Shown piece after piece: positions 9,590 through 19,939 of a stretch of 64,000 nucleotides of DNA; within the stretch, counting starts at the first letter, position 1; the number at the start of each line of letters is the position of its first letter. The notes under the pieces are model-generated. The model saw nothing but the letters and a program-made list of their open reading frames with translations. It had not been told where the DNA came from and searched no databases. Position numbers and translations under genes: made by a program. The stretch lies in sequence record MK268344.1, one strand, 5' to 3'.

Positions 9590-10126
9590 ATGAAAATATA
9601 TAAAGGATGGGAAGAATACAAACCTATCAAAAATGAAAAAAATGCTAGTAGAATTGAATCTGGTTCAGTATTTTTACAGGATGAAAATGGTGTAGATTGG
9701 TACGATTTAAGTGATGAGCTTCTTTTACAACAAGATAATTACTATATTTTAGTAAATTCAAGTAGTAATATGGTTTTATGTTATTCCAAAGGATTTGAAC
9801 CTTGGTATTTTGCACCCATAGGTATGCTTTTTTGTATAACAGATAAAATACCAGATGACTTTGAAGAAAACTATCGGGATTATCGTTTAGATAAAAATAA
9901 ATTCGTTCCTGATAATTCATTAAAAATTCAAGGTCTTAAAGATTACATTGATGATGAAATTGTTTGGTCTTCTTCGCAAATAAGTGCATTAATGGATATC
10001 GAAGAATTTGGTACACCGTCTGAAGAAGAAAAAGCACGTTTGCTTGCATTACGTAAGTACCGCTTTACTCTAACTCGTGTAGTACCGGAAGATAACCCAG
10101 ATATTGACCTTCCAGATCGTCCTTAA
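9590..10126 (+). CDS. Tail fibre assembly chaperone (Tfa-like)
   Basis: FLQDENGVDWY and C-terminal LLALRKYRFTLTRV..LPDRP. Confidence 0.8.
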   Translation: MKIYKGWEEYKPIKNEKNASRIESGSVFLQDENGVDWYDLSDELLLQQDNYYILVNSSSNMVLCYSKGFEPWYFAPIGMLFCITDKIPDDFEENYRDYRLDKNKFVPDNSLKIQGLKDYIDDEIVWSSSQISALMDIEEFGTPSEEEKARLLALRKYRFTLTRVVPEDNPDIDLPDRP

Positions 10127-10131
10127 AAATC

Positions 10132-10162
10132 TTGGGACAAAAAAAGAATCATGTGATATAAT
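10132..10162 (+). promoter_or_regulatory. GGGA-class promoter (dsbA/pol)
   Basis: TTGGGACA-17-TATAAT with TGTGA before the -10. Confidence 0.85.
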
Positions 10163-10218
10163 AGAAGCACGATGAGCAATGACGCTCACGTGCTTTTTTT
10201 ATAAATGGAGAAAACAAC

Positions 10219-10515
10219 ATGGCTAAGAAAACTGAAAACAAAGTAGAAATCAAAGATCTAAACGACGAACAACGTAAGCGTCTTGGTGCTGGCCTAAACA
10301 ATGCTGTAGTCCAACTAACCTATATGGAAGATACTAAAGCTGCTTATTCTGATTTCATCGATTCACTAGCTGATGAACTTGGTCTAGATGCATCAACCAT
10401 CAAACAAGCGGCAACCCGTATGCATAAAGGTGATTTCTTCGATAAAGTCCGTAAACAAGATGAAATCGAAACTATCCTTCAAATTACTGGTAACCTACCA
10501 GAAGATGACGAGTAA
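10219..10515 (+). CDS. T4 DsbA-like dsDNA-binding protein
   Basis: 98 aa; ADELGLDASTIKQAATRMHKGDF resembles T4 DsbA as recalled. Confidence 0.6.
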   Translation: MAKKTENKVEIKDLNDEQRKRLGAGLNNAVVQLTYMEDTKAAYSDFIDSLADELGLDASTIKQAATRMHKGDFFDKVRKQDEIETILQITGNLPEDDE

Positions 10516-10525
10516 TATGTCATAC

Positions 10526-10549
10526 AGCCTCCTAGTATGGAGGCTTTTT
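10526..10549 (+). terminator. Intrinsic terminator after dsbA-like gene
   Basis: AGCCTCC-tagtat-GGAGGCT-TTTT. Confidence 0.8.
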
Positions 10550-10580
10550 AATTGAAGTATGTTTATTATAAGGAAATAAG

Positions 10581-13500
10581 ATGTATATAGATGGATTTAT
10601 GGAACGTAAACGAACTGGTGATATTCTACATGTAGCAGAACGTATTAACGGTCGTCGTGTACTTCGTCAACTAGACCCTGTATATGAATACTATGTTGAA
10701 TCACCAACGGGAACATTTAAAACCATTCACGGTACAATGGCTGAGAAATTAACCTTTGCTAACCAACGTGATATGCGTAGTTCCCTTGAACTACATCAAG
10801 GTCGTCGAACCTACGAATCTGACTGTAACGTTACCTTTAAAACTCTTGCACAAGAGTACATGGGTAAAGGTTCACCAGATTTGAATATGGTATTCTTCGA
10901 TATTGAAACCGACTTCCATAAGAAGCTCGGATATGCACCACCAAGTAACCCATTTAACCGTGTTACTGCAATTTCCCTTTATCAGAACTGGACAGGTAAA
11001 GATTATGTACTAACCTTACCACCTGATGATATGGAATTAGTTGAAGCACAGGATATCGTTAACCGATTGAATGAAGAAACTAATGATCCCAACAGTGTAG
11101 TACTTCTTTACACCGAAGAAACTGAAATGTTCAATGACTTCTTTGATTTGATTGATGATGCTGATGTACTTTCTGGATGGAACAGTGAGTTCTTCGATAT
11201 TCCATACATGGTTAACCGTACTGCAAAAATCTTCAATGCTGCAACTACGGCTCGTTGGTGTTTGTGGAATAAAAAACCTGTATCTCGTGAAGCAGATATG
11301 TTTGGTAAAACAATTGTCACTTATGACTTAATCGGTCGTGTTCACCTAGATTATCTAGCGTTGTATAAGAAACACGCAGGTCAAGTTGAGCAATCGTACA
11401 AACTAGACTTCATCGCAGAAAAAGTTACAAAAGAAAATAAAGTAGCGTATGAAGGTTCTCTTGACAAATTGTACCGAGAGGATTATATTACATTCCTACG
11501 TTATTCCAAACAGGATAGCATTCTTCTTAAAAAGATTGATGAGAAGTTAGACTACATCAACCTACACAACCGACTAGCACACAAAGAATGTGTACTAATC
11601 AGTACTACAATGGGTTCTGTAGCACTAATTGACACAGCAATCATAAACCTTGCACATTCAAGAGGTGAAGTGGTATTTGATAAGAAGCCACAAGAAGATG
11701 ATGTTACTGAACAAGATGATCGTTATGATTACCTCATTGAAGATGAGGATGATGGTTCAGATAATGAACCAGTATCGGCAAAAGCTGCTGGTGCATGGGT
11801 ACAAGATCCAGTACTAGGACTTGTAGACTACTTAGGATGTACTGACTTTAACTCACTATATCCAACAGTACTACGTACATTAGGTATGAGTACTGAATGT
11901 ATTCTTGGACAAATTCGCCAAGATTATACAGATGCACATCTTGCAAAACGTGTAGAAGAACAACGTATGCGTTCTAAGTCTAAGAAGTTCGAACCGAACT
12001 GGACAGAAGCATGGCACGGTCTATTTGCAAGTGTTGAGTTCACGATGGTTCGTGAGCGTTCAGAGCAAACACTAATTGTTGATTTGGAAGATGGCACCAG
12101 TTTCAACGTGACAGGTGCAGAGCTTCATGATATCATTTATGCTGAAGACAGTACTATTGTACTTTCTGCTAATGGTACGTTGTTCGATAAAACTAAATCT
12201 GGGGTCATTCCAGAGATTCTAACTCAATGGTATTCTGAGCGTAAGTCTCAACAGAAGATGGTAATCGACTTCAAACACATTTATACTGATGGTTGGGAAA
12301 TGCCAGAGGACGCTATCGATAAGATAGAGGCTGCTATGGCTCGCTACAAGCGTTCTGAGACGATGTATAGAACGAACCTACACGAAGACGATCCAGTTTA
12401 TTTGATTCGTCAGGCGTTGGTACAGAGCGATTATGAGCAGGTTGGAAAGCTAATCACAGAGAATGGTCTTCTACTAGAAGATGGTCGTATCAAATGTACT
12501 AAAGAAGAGAAAAATTATTGTAAAACGCAATCTGCGTTCTGGAAGCAGAACCAACAGATTCGTAAGATTCTTCTCAACTCACTTTATGGTGCATTGCTCA
12601 ACAAAGGTTCTAGATTCTTTGATAAACGTTTAGGTCAATCTGTAACCTTAACTGGTCGCAGTATGACTAAACATATGGCATCCCGTATCAACGAAATTTG
12701 TACTGGTGAATACAATCACCAAGGCGGCGTTGTAATTTACGGCGACACCGACTCCGTTTACTTTAGTGTAGCTCACTACATGAAAGAACAGGGTCTACCA
12801 TTTGATTTAACAAAAGAAGAAGTTGTTGATCTATATGTGAAAATTGGTGATGAAGTTGGTGCATCTTTCCCTTCCTTTATGGATGAATATTTCAATACTG
12901 GTATCGAGAAAGGTAAAATCGTAGGTGCAGATTTGGAAATGGTAGGCTCTCGTGGTCTATTCTTGAAGAAAAAGCGTTATGCGATCCTCAAATATTGGGA
13001 AGATGGATTCCGTAAAGACGAAGATGGATCACCGGGTGAAATCAAGGCTATGGGATTAGAAATCAAACGTTCTGATACACCAAAGTATATCCAAGATTTC
13101 CTACAAGAAACTCTTATCGCATTGCTAGTTGGCGAAGGAGAAGAAGAACTACGTAATAGAGTTCGTGCATTCAAAACTATTTTCCGTGATAAGCCTATTC
13201 AGCAGAAAGGGCAACCACGTACAGTTAAAAACTATTCGAATCTAGAAGAAGAATATAAGAAAACTGGTAAATTATCAGTATCGCATGTTCTAGCTGCGAT
13301 TCAATGGAACAAACTACGTGATATATATGAAGATCAATCAGTTCCAGAAGCAACTGACGGAACTAAAGTTATCGTTTGTAAGTTAAAGCCAAACCCAATG
13401 GGAATAAAAGCTGTCGGCTACCCAATTGATTGTGCTGAATACTTACCAGAATGGTTCTTGGAGCTACCTTTTGATGAAGATGAGATGGAAAAAGCCGTTT

Positions 13501-13601
13501 TGACTAAGAAACTAGGTAATATTTTCGGTATTCTAAACATGGATATCGCAATCAACGAGAAGAGTACACTAGTAATGGATAGTGGATTCTTCGAATGGTA
13601 A
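10581..13601 (+). CDS. gp43: Family B DNA polymerase (gp43-like)
   Basis: Exonuclease motifs DIET, WNSEFFDIPY; polymerase motifs DFNSLYP, KILLNSLYG, YGDTDS, KKRYA. Confidence 0.97.
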   Translation: MYIDGFMERKRTGDILHVAERINGRRVLRQLDPVYEYYVESPTGTFKTIHGTMAEKLTFANQRDMRSSLELHQGRRTYESDCNVTFKTLAQEYMGKGSPDLNMVFFDIETDFHKKLGYAPPSNPFNRVTAISLYQNWTGKDYVLTLPPDDMELVEAQDIVNRLNEETNDPNSVVLLYTEETEMFNDFFDLIDDADVLSGWNSEFFDIPYMVNRTAKIFNAATTARWCLWNKKPVSREADMFGKTIVTYDLIGRVHLDYLALYKKHAGQVEQSYKLDFIAEKVTKENKVAYEGSLDKLYREDYITFLRYSKQDSILLKKIDEKLDYINLHNRLAHKECVLISTTMGSVALIDTAIINLAHSRGEVVFDKKPQEDDVTEQDDRYDYLIEDEDDGSDNEPVSAKAAGAWVQDPVLGLVDYLGCTDFNSLYPTVLRTLGMSTECILGQIRQDYTDAHLAKRVEEQRMRSKSKKFEPNWTEAWHGLFASVEFTMVRERSEQTLIVDLEDGTSFNVTGAELHDIIYAEDSTIVLSANGTLFDKTKSGVIPEILTQWYSERKSQQKMVIDFKHIYTDGWEMPEDAIDKIEAAMARYKRSETMYRTNLHEDDPVYLIRQALVQSDYEQVGKLITENGLLLEDGRIKCTKEEKNYCKTQSAFWKQNQQIRKILLNSLYGALLNKGSRFFDKRLGQSVTLTGRSMTKHMASRINEICTGEYNHQGGVVIYGDTDSVYFSVAHYMKEQGLPFDLTKEEVVDLYVKIGDEVGASFPSFMDEYFNTGIEKGKIVGADLEMVGSRGLFLKKKRYAILKYWEDGFRKDEDGSPGEIKAMGLEIKRSDTPKYIQDFLQETLIALLVGEGEEELRNRVRAFKTIFRDKPIQQKGQPRTVKNYSNLEEEYKKTGKLSVSHVLAAIQWNKLRDIYEDQSVPEATDGTKVIVCKLKPNPMGIKAVGYPIDCAEYLPEWFLELPFDEDEMEKAVLTKKLGNIFGILNMDIAINEKSTLVMDSGFFEW

Positions 13602-13612
13602 TAGGAACAATA

Positions 13613-14185
13613 ATGTCAGGAATTTTTCAACGCATTGGGGAGGCAATTGCCTCCCAAGGTAAAATCACACTAGTTGCAGCACTAAATGATGAAGAAGCAA
13701 ACATTCTCATGGGTGCTGGGTTCAAAAAAGCTGGTACAATGGATCTAAATGGTTCTTTAGTTGACCTTTACGAAGTAAAAGTACAACAAATAATCAACAC
13801 TACTCAACCATATCAAATTGCACGTGATATTTTTGATAAGCCTCGGAAATATGAACAACAATGGCCTGAAAACTATCGCATGTACTCTATCGGCACTGGT
13901 ACTGGTCAAGCTGCTCATTTAAATTTCAAAGGAAACACCACTTCTTTGATGGATGCTGCATATGATCCACTAAGTATTTTAGAAGATTATTTCTTCCCAA
14001 GAAAAGAGGAAGAAACTCATAGAGAATTCAAAATTGAAGTTGATGATATGGATGAAGAATCCAAAAATGATTTCATTCCAAAAGTTAAAGATGAATTCCA
14101 TAAATCAGGTCGCACATATTGCGATGATAGCTGGACTTCTTATAATGTAAATTACAGTGGCAACACTGACCACCGTAACTGGTAA
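13613..14185 (+). CDS. Hypothetical protein carrying two permuted portal-clip segments
   Basis: ATG 13613 after AGGA; aa 110-129 are 19/20 identical to portal 333-352; aa 137-163 align without gaps to portal 295-321. Confidence 0.8.
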   Translation: MSGIFQRIGEAIASQGKITLVAALNDEEANILMGAGFKKAGTMDLNGSLVDLYEVKVQQIINTTQPYQIARDIFDKPRKYEQQWPENYRMYSIGTGTGQAAHLNFKGNTTSLMDAAYDPLSILEDYFFPRKEEETHREFKIEVDDMDEESKNDFIPKVKDEFHKSGRTYCDDSWTSYNVNYSGNTDHRNW

Positions 14186-14201
14186 TAAAAATAAAAAAAA
14201 G

Positions 14202-14232
14202 TTGGGACGTACCGAGATTTATGTGATATAAT
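14202..14232 (+). promoter_or_regulatory. GGGA-class promoter (clamp operon)
   Basis: TTGGGACG-17-TATAAT. Confidence 0.85.
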
Positions 14233-14291
14233 AGGTACGTCACAACGTTAAAAATAAGAAACGTTAACAAAATGGAATTGGAGATTTAAAA

Positions 14292-15023
14292 ATGGATTTA
14301 CGCAACGTTCTACGCGACCTAGTTAGCACTACTACTGGTATGGATTTCTCTTGTATCGCAGTTTCACGAGAAGACCGTGGCGAAGGTAATCGTGTTTACA
14401 TGGAAGCATATACAGATGATAAGACTCTAATCATGAGAGCCGAAACTAAAGAAGACGTACCAGAAGTTGAAGGTCGTTTTGGTCTAGGTAACCTCGGAAT
14501 GCTTCAAGGTCTTATGAATCTAAAAACCTACAACTCCGAATCTGCTAAGATCGCAGTCAATGCAGCAAACGGTGTTGTTAAAAGTCTAGCATTTACATCT
14601 GATGATGCAAGTACTAACTTTATTGTTCAATCGGAAAAATTTATTCCTAACCAACCACGCTTTACTCCACAACCATATGATGTACAGGTTACACCTAGTG
14701 CTGCAAAGGTTGGCGAACTAAAGTCTTTCTCTAGTGTATTCAAATCTTTTTCTGCTTTAGTTACTCCTTATACTGAAGGTGATACACTATATTTCCACGT
14801 TGGTGAGAAGAATAAATCAAACCACTCAGGTGCATTAGCTTTCACCAAAACTGATGGTGAACTAAAACTAGGATATGGTTATGCGATTGATCGTCTTCTT
14901 CAAGCACTAAATCGTGTGTCTAATGCTGAAGAAATTACCCTTGGTATTACAAAAACTGGTATGCTAAACGTTACTGTTGACACTGGCATTACTGTGTTTA
15001 AATTCTTCATCCAAGGTAACTAA
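14292..15023 (+). CDS. Sliding clamp (gp45-like)
   Basis: 243 aa, beta-rich, FGLGNLGMLQGL segment; size and context typical of the clamp in this phage group. Confidence 0.65.
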   Translation: MDLRNVLRDLVSTTTGMDFSCIAVSREDRGEGNRVYMEAYTDDKTLIMRAETKEDVPEVEGRFGLGNLGMLQGLMNLKTYNSESAKIAVNAANGVVKSLAFTSDDASTNFIVQSEKFIPNQPRFTPQPYDVQVTPSAAKVGELKSFSSVFKSFSALVTPYTEGDTLYFHVGEKNKSNHSGALAFTKTDGELKLGYGYAIDRLLQALNRVSNAEEITLGITKTGMLNVTVDTGITVFKFFIQGN

Positions 15024-15030
15024 TAAATCA

Positions 15031-15054
15031 AGGGGAACTATGTTCCCCTATTTT
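15031..15054 (+). terminator. Intrinsic terminator after clamp
   Basis: AGGGGAAC-tat-GTTCCCCT-ATTTT. Confidence 0.7.
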
Positions 15055-15071
15055 CGATGGAGATGTAACAA

Positions 15072-15695
15072 ATGAGTACTCCACGCTTTATTGCTGATAC
15101 CCACTTGGGTCACCGCAATATCTATAAGTACAGAAAAGTGTTCGATAGTACTAAACATAATGACTTGTACTTTATTCGTATTCTGCAAGAAACTTGCAAA
15201 AAAAGAGATACTATGTTTTTCTTGGGTGATATTTGTTTTGACAAACAATATCTAGAAATTATAAAAGAACTTCCGGGACAAAAAATTCTTATTCCGGGAA
15301 ATCACTGTACTGAATATATTCCAATGAAAGAACTAGTAGATGTTTATGATGAAGTACATGCACTACTAAAATATAAAGAATTCTGGCTTTCTCATGCACC
15401 AATTGCTGATGTTGAATTACGTGGTAAAAGAAATATTCATGGACATGTTCATGCACAGTCTGTTCCTGATATTAAATATCTAAACACTTCTGTTGATAGT
15501 GAATTTATGAGATTTCTACCTAGAACACTTCATGAAGTTCGTCAAGCATTTGAAACAATGGAACAACTCGGTTCACATTATGGTGGATTAGAAGACCGCG
15601 ATGATGCATTAGAAGTTATCATGTCAAATCCTATTTCAAAAGCAGCTTACGAGTGGTCTAAGAAAGAAGCAGAAAAGATTATGGTTTTTCAATAA
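15072..15695 (+). CDS. Calcineurin-like metallophosphoesterase
   Basis: DTHLGH, LGD, GNH, SHAP, HGHVH motifs. Confidence 0.9.
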   Translation: MSTPRFIADTHLGHRNIYKYRKVFDSTKHNDLYFIRILQETCKKRDTMFFLGDICFDKQYLEIIKELPGQKILIPGNHCTEYIPMKELVDVYDEVHALLKYKEFWLSHAPIADVELRGKRNIHGHVHAQSVPDIKYLNTSVDSEFMRFLPRTLHEVRQAFETMEQLGSHYGGLEDRDDALEVIMSNPISKAAYEWSKKEAEKIMVFQ

Positions 15696-15705
15696 GGATA
15701 TTAAA

Positions 15706-15909
15706 ATGCCATTATATACATACAAATGTCAAAATGAAGAATGTGATCATTCTGAAGATAAAATTGTCAAAATTTCAAATCGTGACGATGAGCGGAAATG
15801 TCCATCATGTGAAGATGGATTACTAAAGCGTGAAGAATTCACTGCTGGTGATAAAGGTGCATCATTCCGTTTCAAAGGAAACTGGTTCAATACTACAGGG
15901 AGATACTAA
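15706..15909 (+). CDS. FmdB-family zinc-ribbon protein
   Basis: MPLYTYKC..C...CPSC..FRFKGNWF. Confidence 0.85.
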   Translation: MPLYTYKCQNEECDHSEDKIVKISNRDDERKCPSCEDGLLKREEFTAGDKGASFRFKGNWFNTTGRY

Positions 15910-16199
15910 TGAGTACTTTAAAAATGATTAATGACTATGTTCTAGTGGAACTAGTTGAAAACCACACCACCAGTACTGGTGGTATTATTCTAACCAACGT
16001 TGAGCCACCTTGCATTGGTCGTGTTGTTTCAGTTGGCCCCGGACGTATCCTAAATAACGGTGAAAGGGCTGAACACAACATTGAAGTTGGCGAAGAAATT
16101 GTATTTGGTAAATCTTCCTTGAATCAGCCTCTAGAACACGAAAAAGTAACATATTATGTTATGAAAATTGATGAGGTATTTGGTAAAAGAAATGGCTAA
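15909..16199 (+). CDS. groES: GroES-like co-chaperonin
   Basis: TSTGGIIL, GRVVSVGPGRILNNGER, VGEEIVF. Confidence 0.9.
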   Translation: MSTLKMINDYVLVELVENHTTSTGGIILTNVEPPCIGRVVSVGPGRILNNGERAEHNIEVGEEIVFGKSSLNQPLEHEKVTYYVMKIDEVFGKRNG

Positions 16200-16893
16200 G
16201 AAGTTACCATTCTGGATGATCCCCGCTCATTGGGGATTATCTGGTAAAGCAAAAGAAATTGCTAAGATTAACTACTTTTATGAAGGGTATGAAGCTGATG
16301 TACGATGTGCACCACTTGTGTACTTAACTGAGTATGAAGTTGATAAAGCAATTGTTGATATTGAAAAAAAATACAACAAACTTTCTGAATTAGAATATGA
16401 TTTGAAGATGCTCGACATTGAGTTGAAGCATAAACGTATTACTGAACATGAACGTGATGAACAAGCACTCGACAAGCGTTTCCAACATAATGCAATTCGC
16501 GAAAAGGAGTATGATGCTGCTAAAGTTGAATTAATGGAAGACGGTGATGAGAAGCGTTTAGCTGCAATTGAATACGCATTTAAATATCATGAGATTACTG
16601 AACGAGAGTACAGTAAAGAACTCTTTACCATGCGTAAAGAACCTTGGATGGATTTTGATGTAGAATTCAATCAAGAAACTAATAAGGTTGAATTCATATT
16701 TGATTACAATGAATACTTTTGGAAGAAATTAAAGGCCGAAGGTCATCCGGGTAATGATGAATATGAAATCATTGAAAACTTTATTAAAGATTGGGGAAGG
16801 AAGTTAGACGATGAAGAGTACACTGATGATGAAGATGTGAACTTAACACGTATGACTGATGAATTACCTGATAATATCAAATTTTACAAATAA
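16192..16893 (+). CDS. Hypothetical helical protein
   Basis: Open frame, probable ATG 16192 overlapping groES; ends at a bidirectional terminator. Confidence 0.7.
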   Translation: MAKKLPFWMIPAHWGLSGKAKEIAKINYFYEGYEADVRCAPLVYLTEYEVDKAIVDIEKKYNKLSELEYDLKMLDIELKHKRITEHERDEQALDKRFQHNAIREKEYDAAKVELMEDGDEKRLAAIEYAFKYHEITEREYSKELFTMRKEPWMDFDVEFNQETNKVEFIFDYNEYFWKKLKAEGHPGNDEYEIIENFIKDWGRKLDDEEYTDDEDVNLTRMTDELPDNIKFYK

Positions 16894-16926
16894 AAAAAAA
16901 AGGAGAACGAAAGTTCTCCTTTTTTA
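16892..16926. terminator. Bidirectional terminator
   Basis: A-tract AGGAGAAC-gaaa-GTTCTCCT T-tract between convergent genes. Confidence 0.9.
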
Positions 16927-16937
16927 TTAAGTTTTTA

Positions 16938-17591
16938 TTAACCAAGTAGTGCTGGGATAGATTTGTAAATCTTGATAGCAAAGTTACCAGCGGCAGCAGC
17001 AGCGGAACCTTTAAGAATTACTTCTTTACCAGTTTTATCCATTAGTGGAACACCAGCTAGATCATCTAGAAGTAGACGACCTTCGTCAATTGCAGTAGAT
17101 GGAACACCTTGGAAAGAAATTGAATCACGGTCAAACACATCTGCACGTTCAACTAGGAAAGTGATAACATCAGCAGAAGCGATGTTAGCAGCAGCATCAA
17201 CACCATCAACTACGTTTTTGAGACCATTAGCAGCAACGCCTTTAGCGATATCAGAAGTAGCGATGATAACTGCACGTTGCTGAACAACATCAACGATGCG
17301 TTTAACGTTAGTTTGAGCAGCATATGCTTCAGTGTAGTCTTCTTCAACGGTTGCTTCAACGAATTCAGAGCCGTCAACACGGACAACACCTTTGTCATTT
17401 AGGAACTCAACGATTTCGTCTTTGTTCTGGGTGTTTAGAAAATGTTGTAGACCAACATAAGAACATACTGCACCAGTTACTACTAGAGCAATGTCACCAG
17501 TAGTATCGATTGCAATAGTTGCTAGTGCGTTTTTACCTTGGAAATAACCAAGTACGCTATCTTGGGAGAAACCATTAATACGTTCTAACAT
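16938..17591 (-). CDS. Putative virion structural protein (paralog of 17605-18168)
   Basis: ATG 17591 after AGGAG; highly biased codons; late operon on the minus strand. Confidence 0.65.
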   Translation of the reverse strand: MLERINGFSQDSVLGYFQGKNALATIAIDTTGDIALVVTGAVCSYVGLQHFLNTQNKDEIVEFLNDKGVVRVDGSEFVEATVEEDYTEAYAAQTNVKRIVDVVQQRAVIIATSDIAKGVAANGLKNVVDGVDAAANIASADVITFLVERADVFDRDSISFQGVPSTAIDEGRLLLDDLAGVPLMDKTGKEVILKGSAAAAAGNFAIKIYKSIPALLG

Positions 17592-17604
17592 ATCATTCTC
17601 CTTA

Positions 17605-18168
17605 TTATAGTAGTACTGGAAGTGCAGCAAATACTTTAATAGCTACTGGTAGTGCATCAGCAGGAGTACCATCTTTCTTACGGAAAGCACCAGCTTGACC
17701 TAGAGCAGCAGATAGTTCAGCACATGGCTCAACAGGAACTGGATAGTTAGAACCCGGACGAACTGCTTGTGCAGTTAGAACATCTTGACGTTCGATCATG
17801 AAAGTAATACCGAAAGAATCAGCAGTTAGGGTTCCAGATTTACCGAAAGCAATTACGTTACCTTCAATTTTCTCGAAGTCAGCAGCGGTAGGATCAACAC
17901 TTCCTTTAGCTAGCATAGAAGTAGCAACTTCAACAGAACGTTGTGCTAGAATTTGTGCAATCATAAATTGGTTGTACTCAGCAGCAGATAGTGCAGTTTG
18001 TGCAGCATTATCACCAATTTCAGTACCATCAGGTAGTACCGCAGTTTCGCCAATTTCTACATCAGCAGGTAGAGAAACAACAACAGTAACGAAACCGTTA
18101 TTACCACCCCAATATTCGCGACTGTTAGCTGACATGCCATAGTTGCGATCAAAAGAATTAAGACTCAT
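17605..18168 (-). CDS. Putative virion structural protein (paralog of 16938-17591)
   Basis: ATG 18168 after AAGGAG; late box GATAAATA on the minus strand at 18216-18223. Confidence 0.65.
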   Translation of the reverse strand: MSLNSFDRNYGMSANSREYWGGNNGFVTVVVSLPADVEIGETAVLPDGTEIGDNAAQTALSAAEYNQFMIAQILAQRSVEVATSMLAKGSVDPTAADFEKIEGNVIAFGKSGTLTADSFGITFMIERQDVLTAQAVRPGSNYPVPVEPCAELSAALGQAGAFRKKDGTPADALPVAIKVFAALPVLL

Positions 18169-18215
18169 AAAAATCTCCTTGTCTAATTTGTTGCAGGATT
18201 GTCCCTGCTTAAAGT

Positions 18216-18223
18216 TATTTATC
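18216..18223 (-). promoter_or_regulatory. T4-type late promoter (minus-strand structural pair)
   Basis: GATAAATA on the minus strand. Confidence 0.7.
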
Positions 18224-18292
18224 AATTCTGAACATTCATCTTTCGATAAATGGATAAAATTGATTTGTTTCTGTGATATTATTTATCAAATC

Positions 18293-18322
18293 TTGGGACA
18301 AACCAGAAAAATGTGCTATAAT
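18293..18322 (+). promoter_or_regulatory. GGGA-class promoter (rnh)
   Basis: TTGGGACA-16-TATAAT. Confidence 0.8.
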
Positions 18323-18335
18323 AGAGGGGAAATAA

Positions 18336-19342
<1,007 letters not shown>

Positions 19343-19343
<1 letters not shown>

Positions 19344-19852
19344 TGGCAGTACTAAACAAATTAACAGATTATTCTTTTATCTTAGAAACTGATGCAGGTG
19401 AACAACTAGGTATTATCGTTGATTACAGTGCAGGAACAACCGAACGTACTGGACTTGAGCTTTTTAATAATGATGGGGTATATCCTTTTAATTCTTTAAC
19501 TGAACTTGAAGAAATGATTGGTGAACCATTCAAAGTTAAAGAGAAAGAACAGACTGACATTACTACCAGTACTAAAGAAATTGATGGTTATCCGGTAAAC
19601 GACACTGATACTATTATTGGTGTAACGGTTAACGAAGAAACAGGCTATCCAGTGTTTAGAAAAAGTGAACGTTCTAAGAAACTATTCTATCCGGGCTGGT
19701 GGGTTGTACAAACTGCTGAAGGTGATCATCTAGCACGTTTAACTCTAAGTGTTGACATTTACAATGAGCGTAAAGATACTGGTAAGATTTTCGGGCCATT
19801 TAAAACGTATATGGAATGTAACTATCAACTAAAATCGCTATCACAAAAATAA
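19343..19852 (+). CDS. Hypothetical protein
   Basis: 169-aa ORF translationally coupled to rnh. Confidence 0.7.
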
Positions 19853-19874
19853 GGATGCCCCGGCGTCCTTTTTT
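19851..19874 (+). terminator. Intrinsic terminator before terL
   Basis: AAGGATGC-cccg-GCGTCCTT-TTTT; second IR AATAGTTGC/GCAACTATT follows. Confidence 0.75.
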
Positions 19875-19931
19875 AGTTTCATATGTAATAGTTGCAAATG
19901 CAACTATTTTTAAGTACAAAGAATAATCTTT

Positions 19932-19939
19932 TATAAATA
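19932..19939 (+). promoter_or_regulatory. T4-type late promoter (terL)
   Basis: TATAAATA. Confidence 0.8.

Noticed and set aside
10581-13601. Possible intein or intron in the polymerase (long segment before KILLNSLYG)
   Set aside because: No Cys/Ser...His-Asn splice motifs or LAGLIDADG blocks; it reads as an extended fingers region. terL, uvsX, helicase, nrdA and nrdB also look uninterrupted.
18271-18283. TGTGATATTAT as a twelfth GGGA-class promoter
   Set aside because: The -10 is imperfect and there is no TTGGGA element at the right distance.
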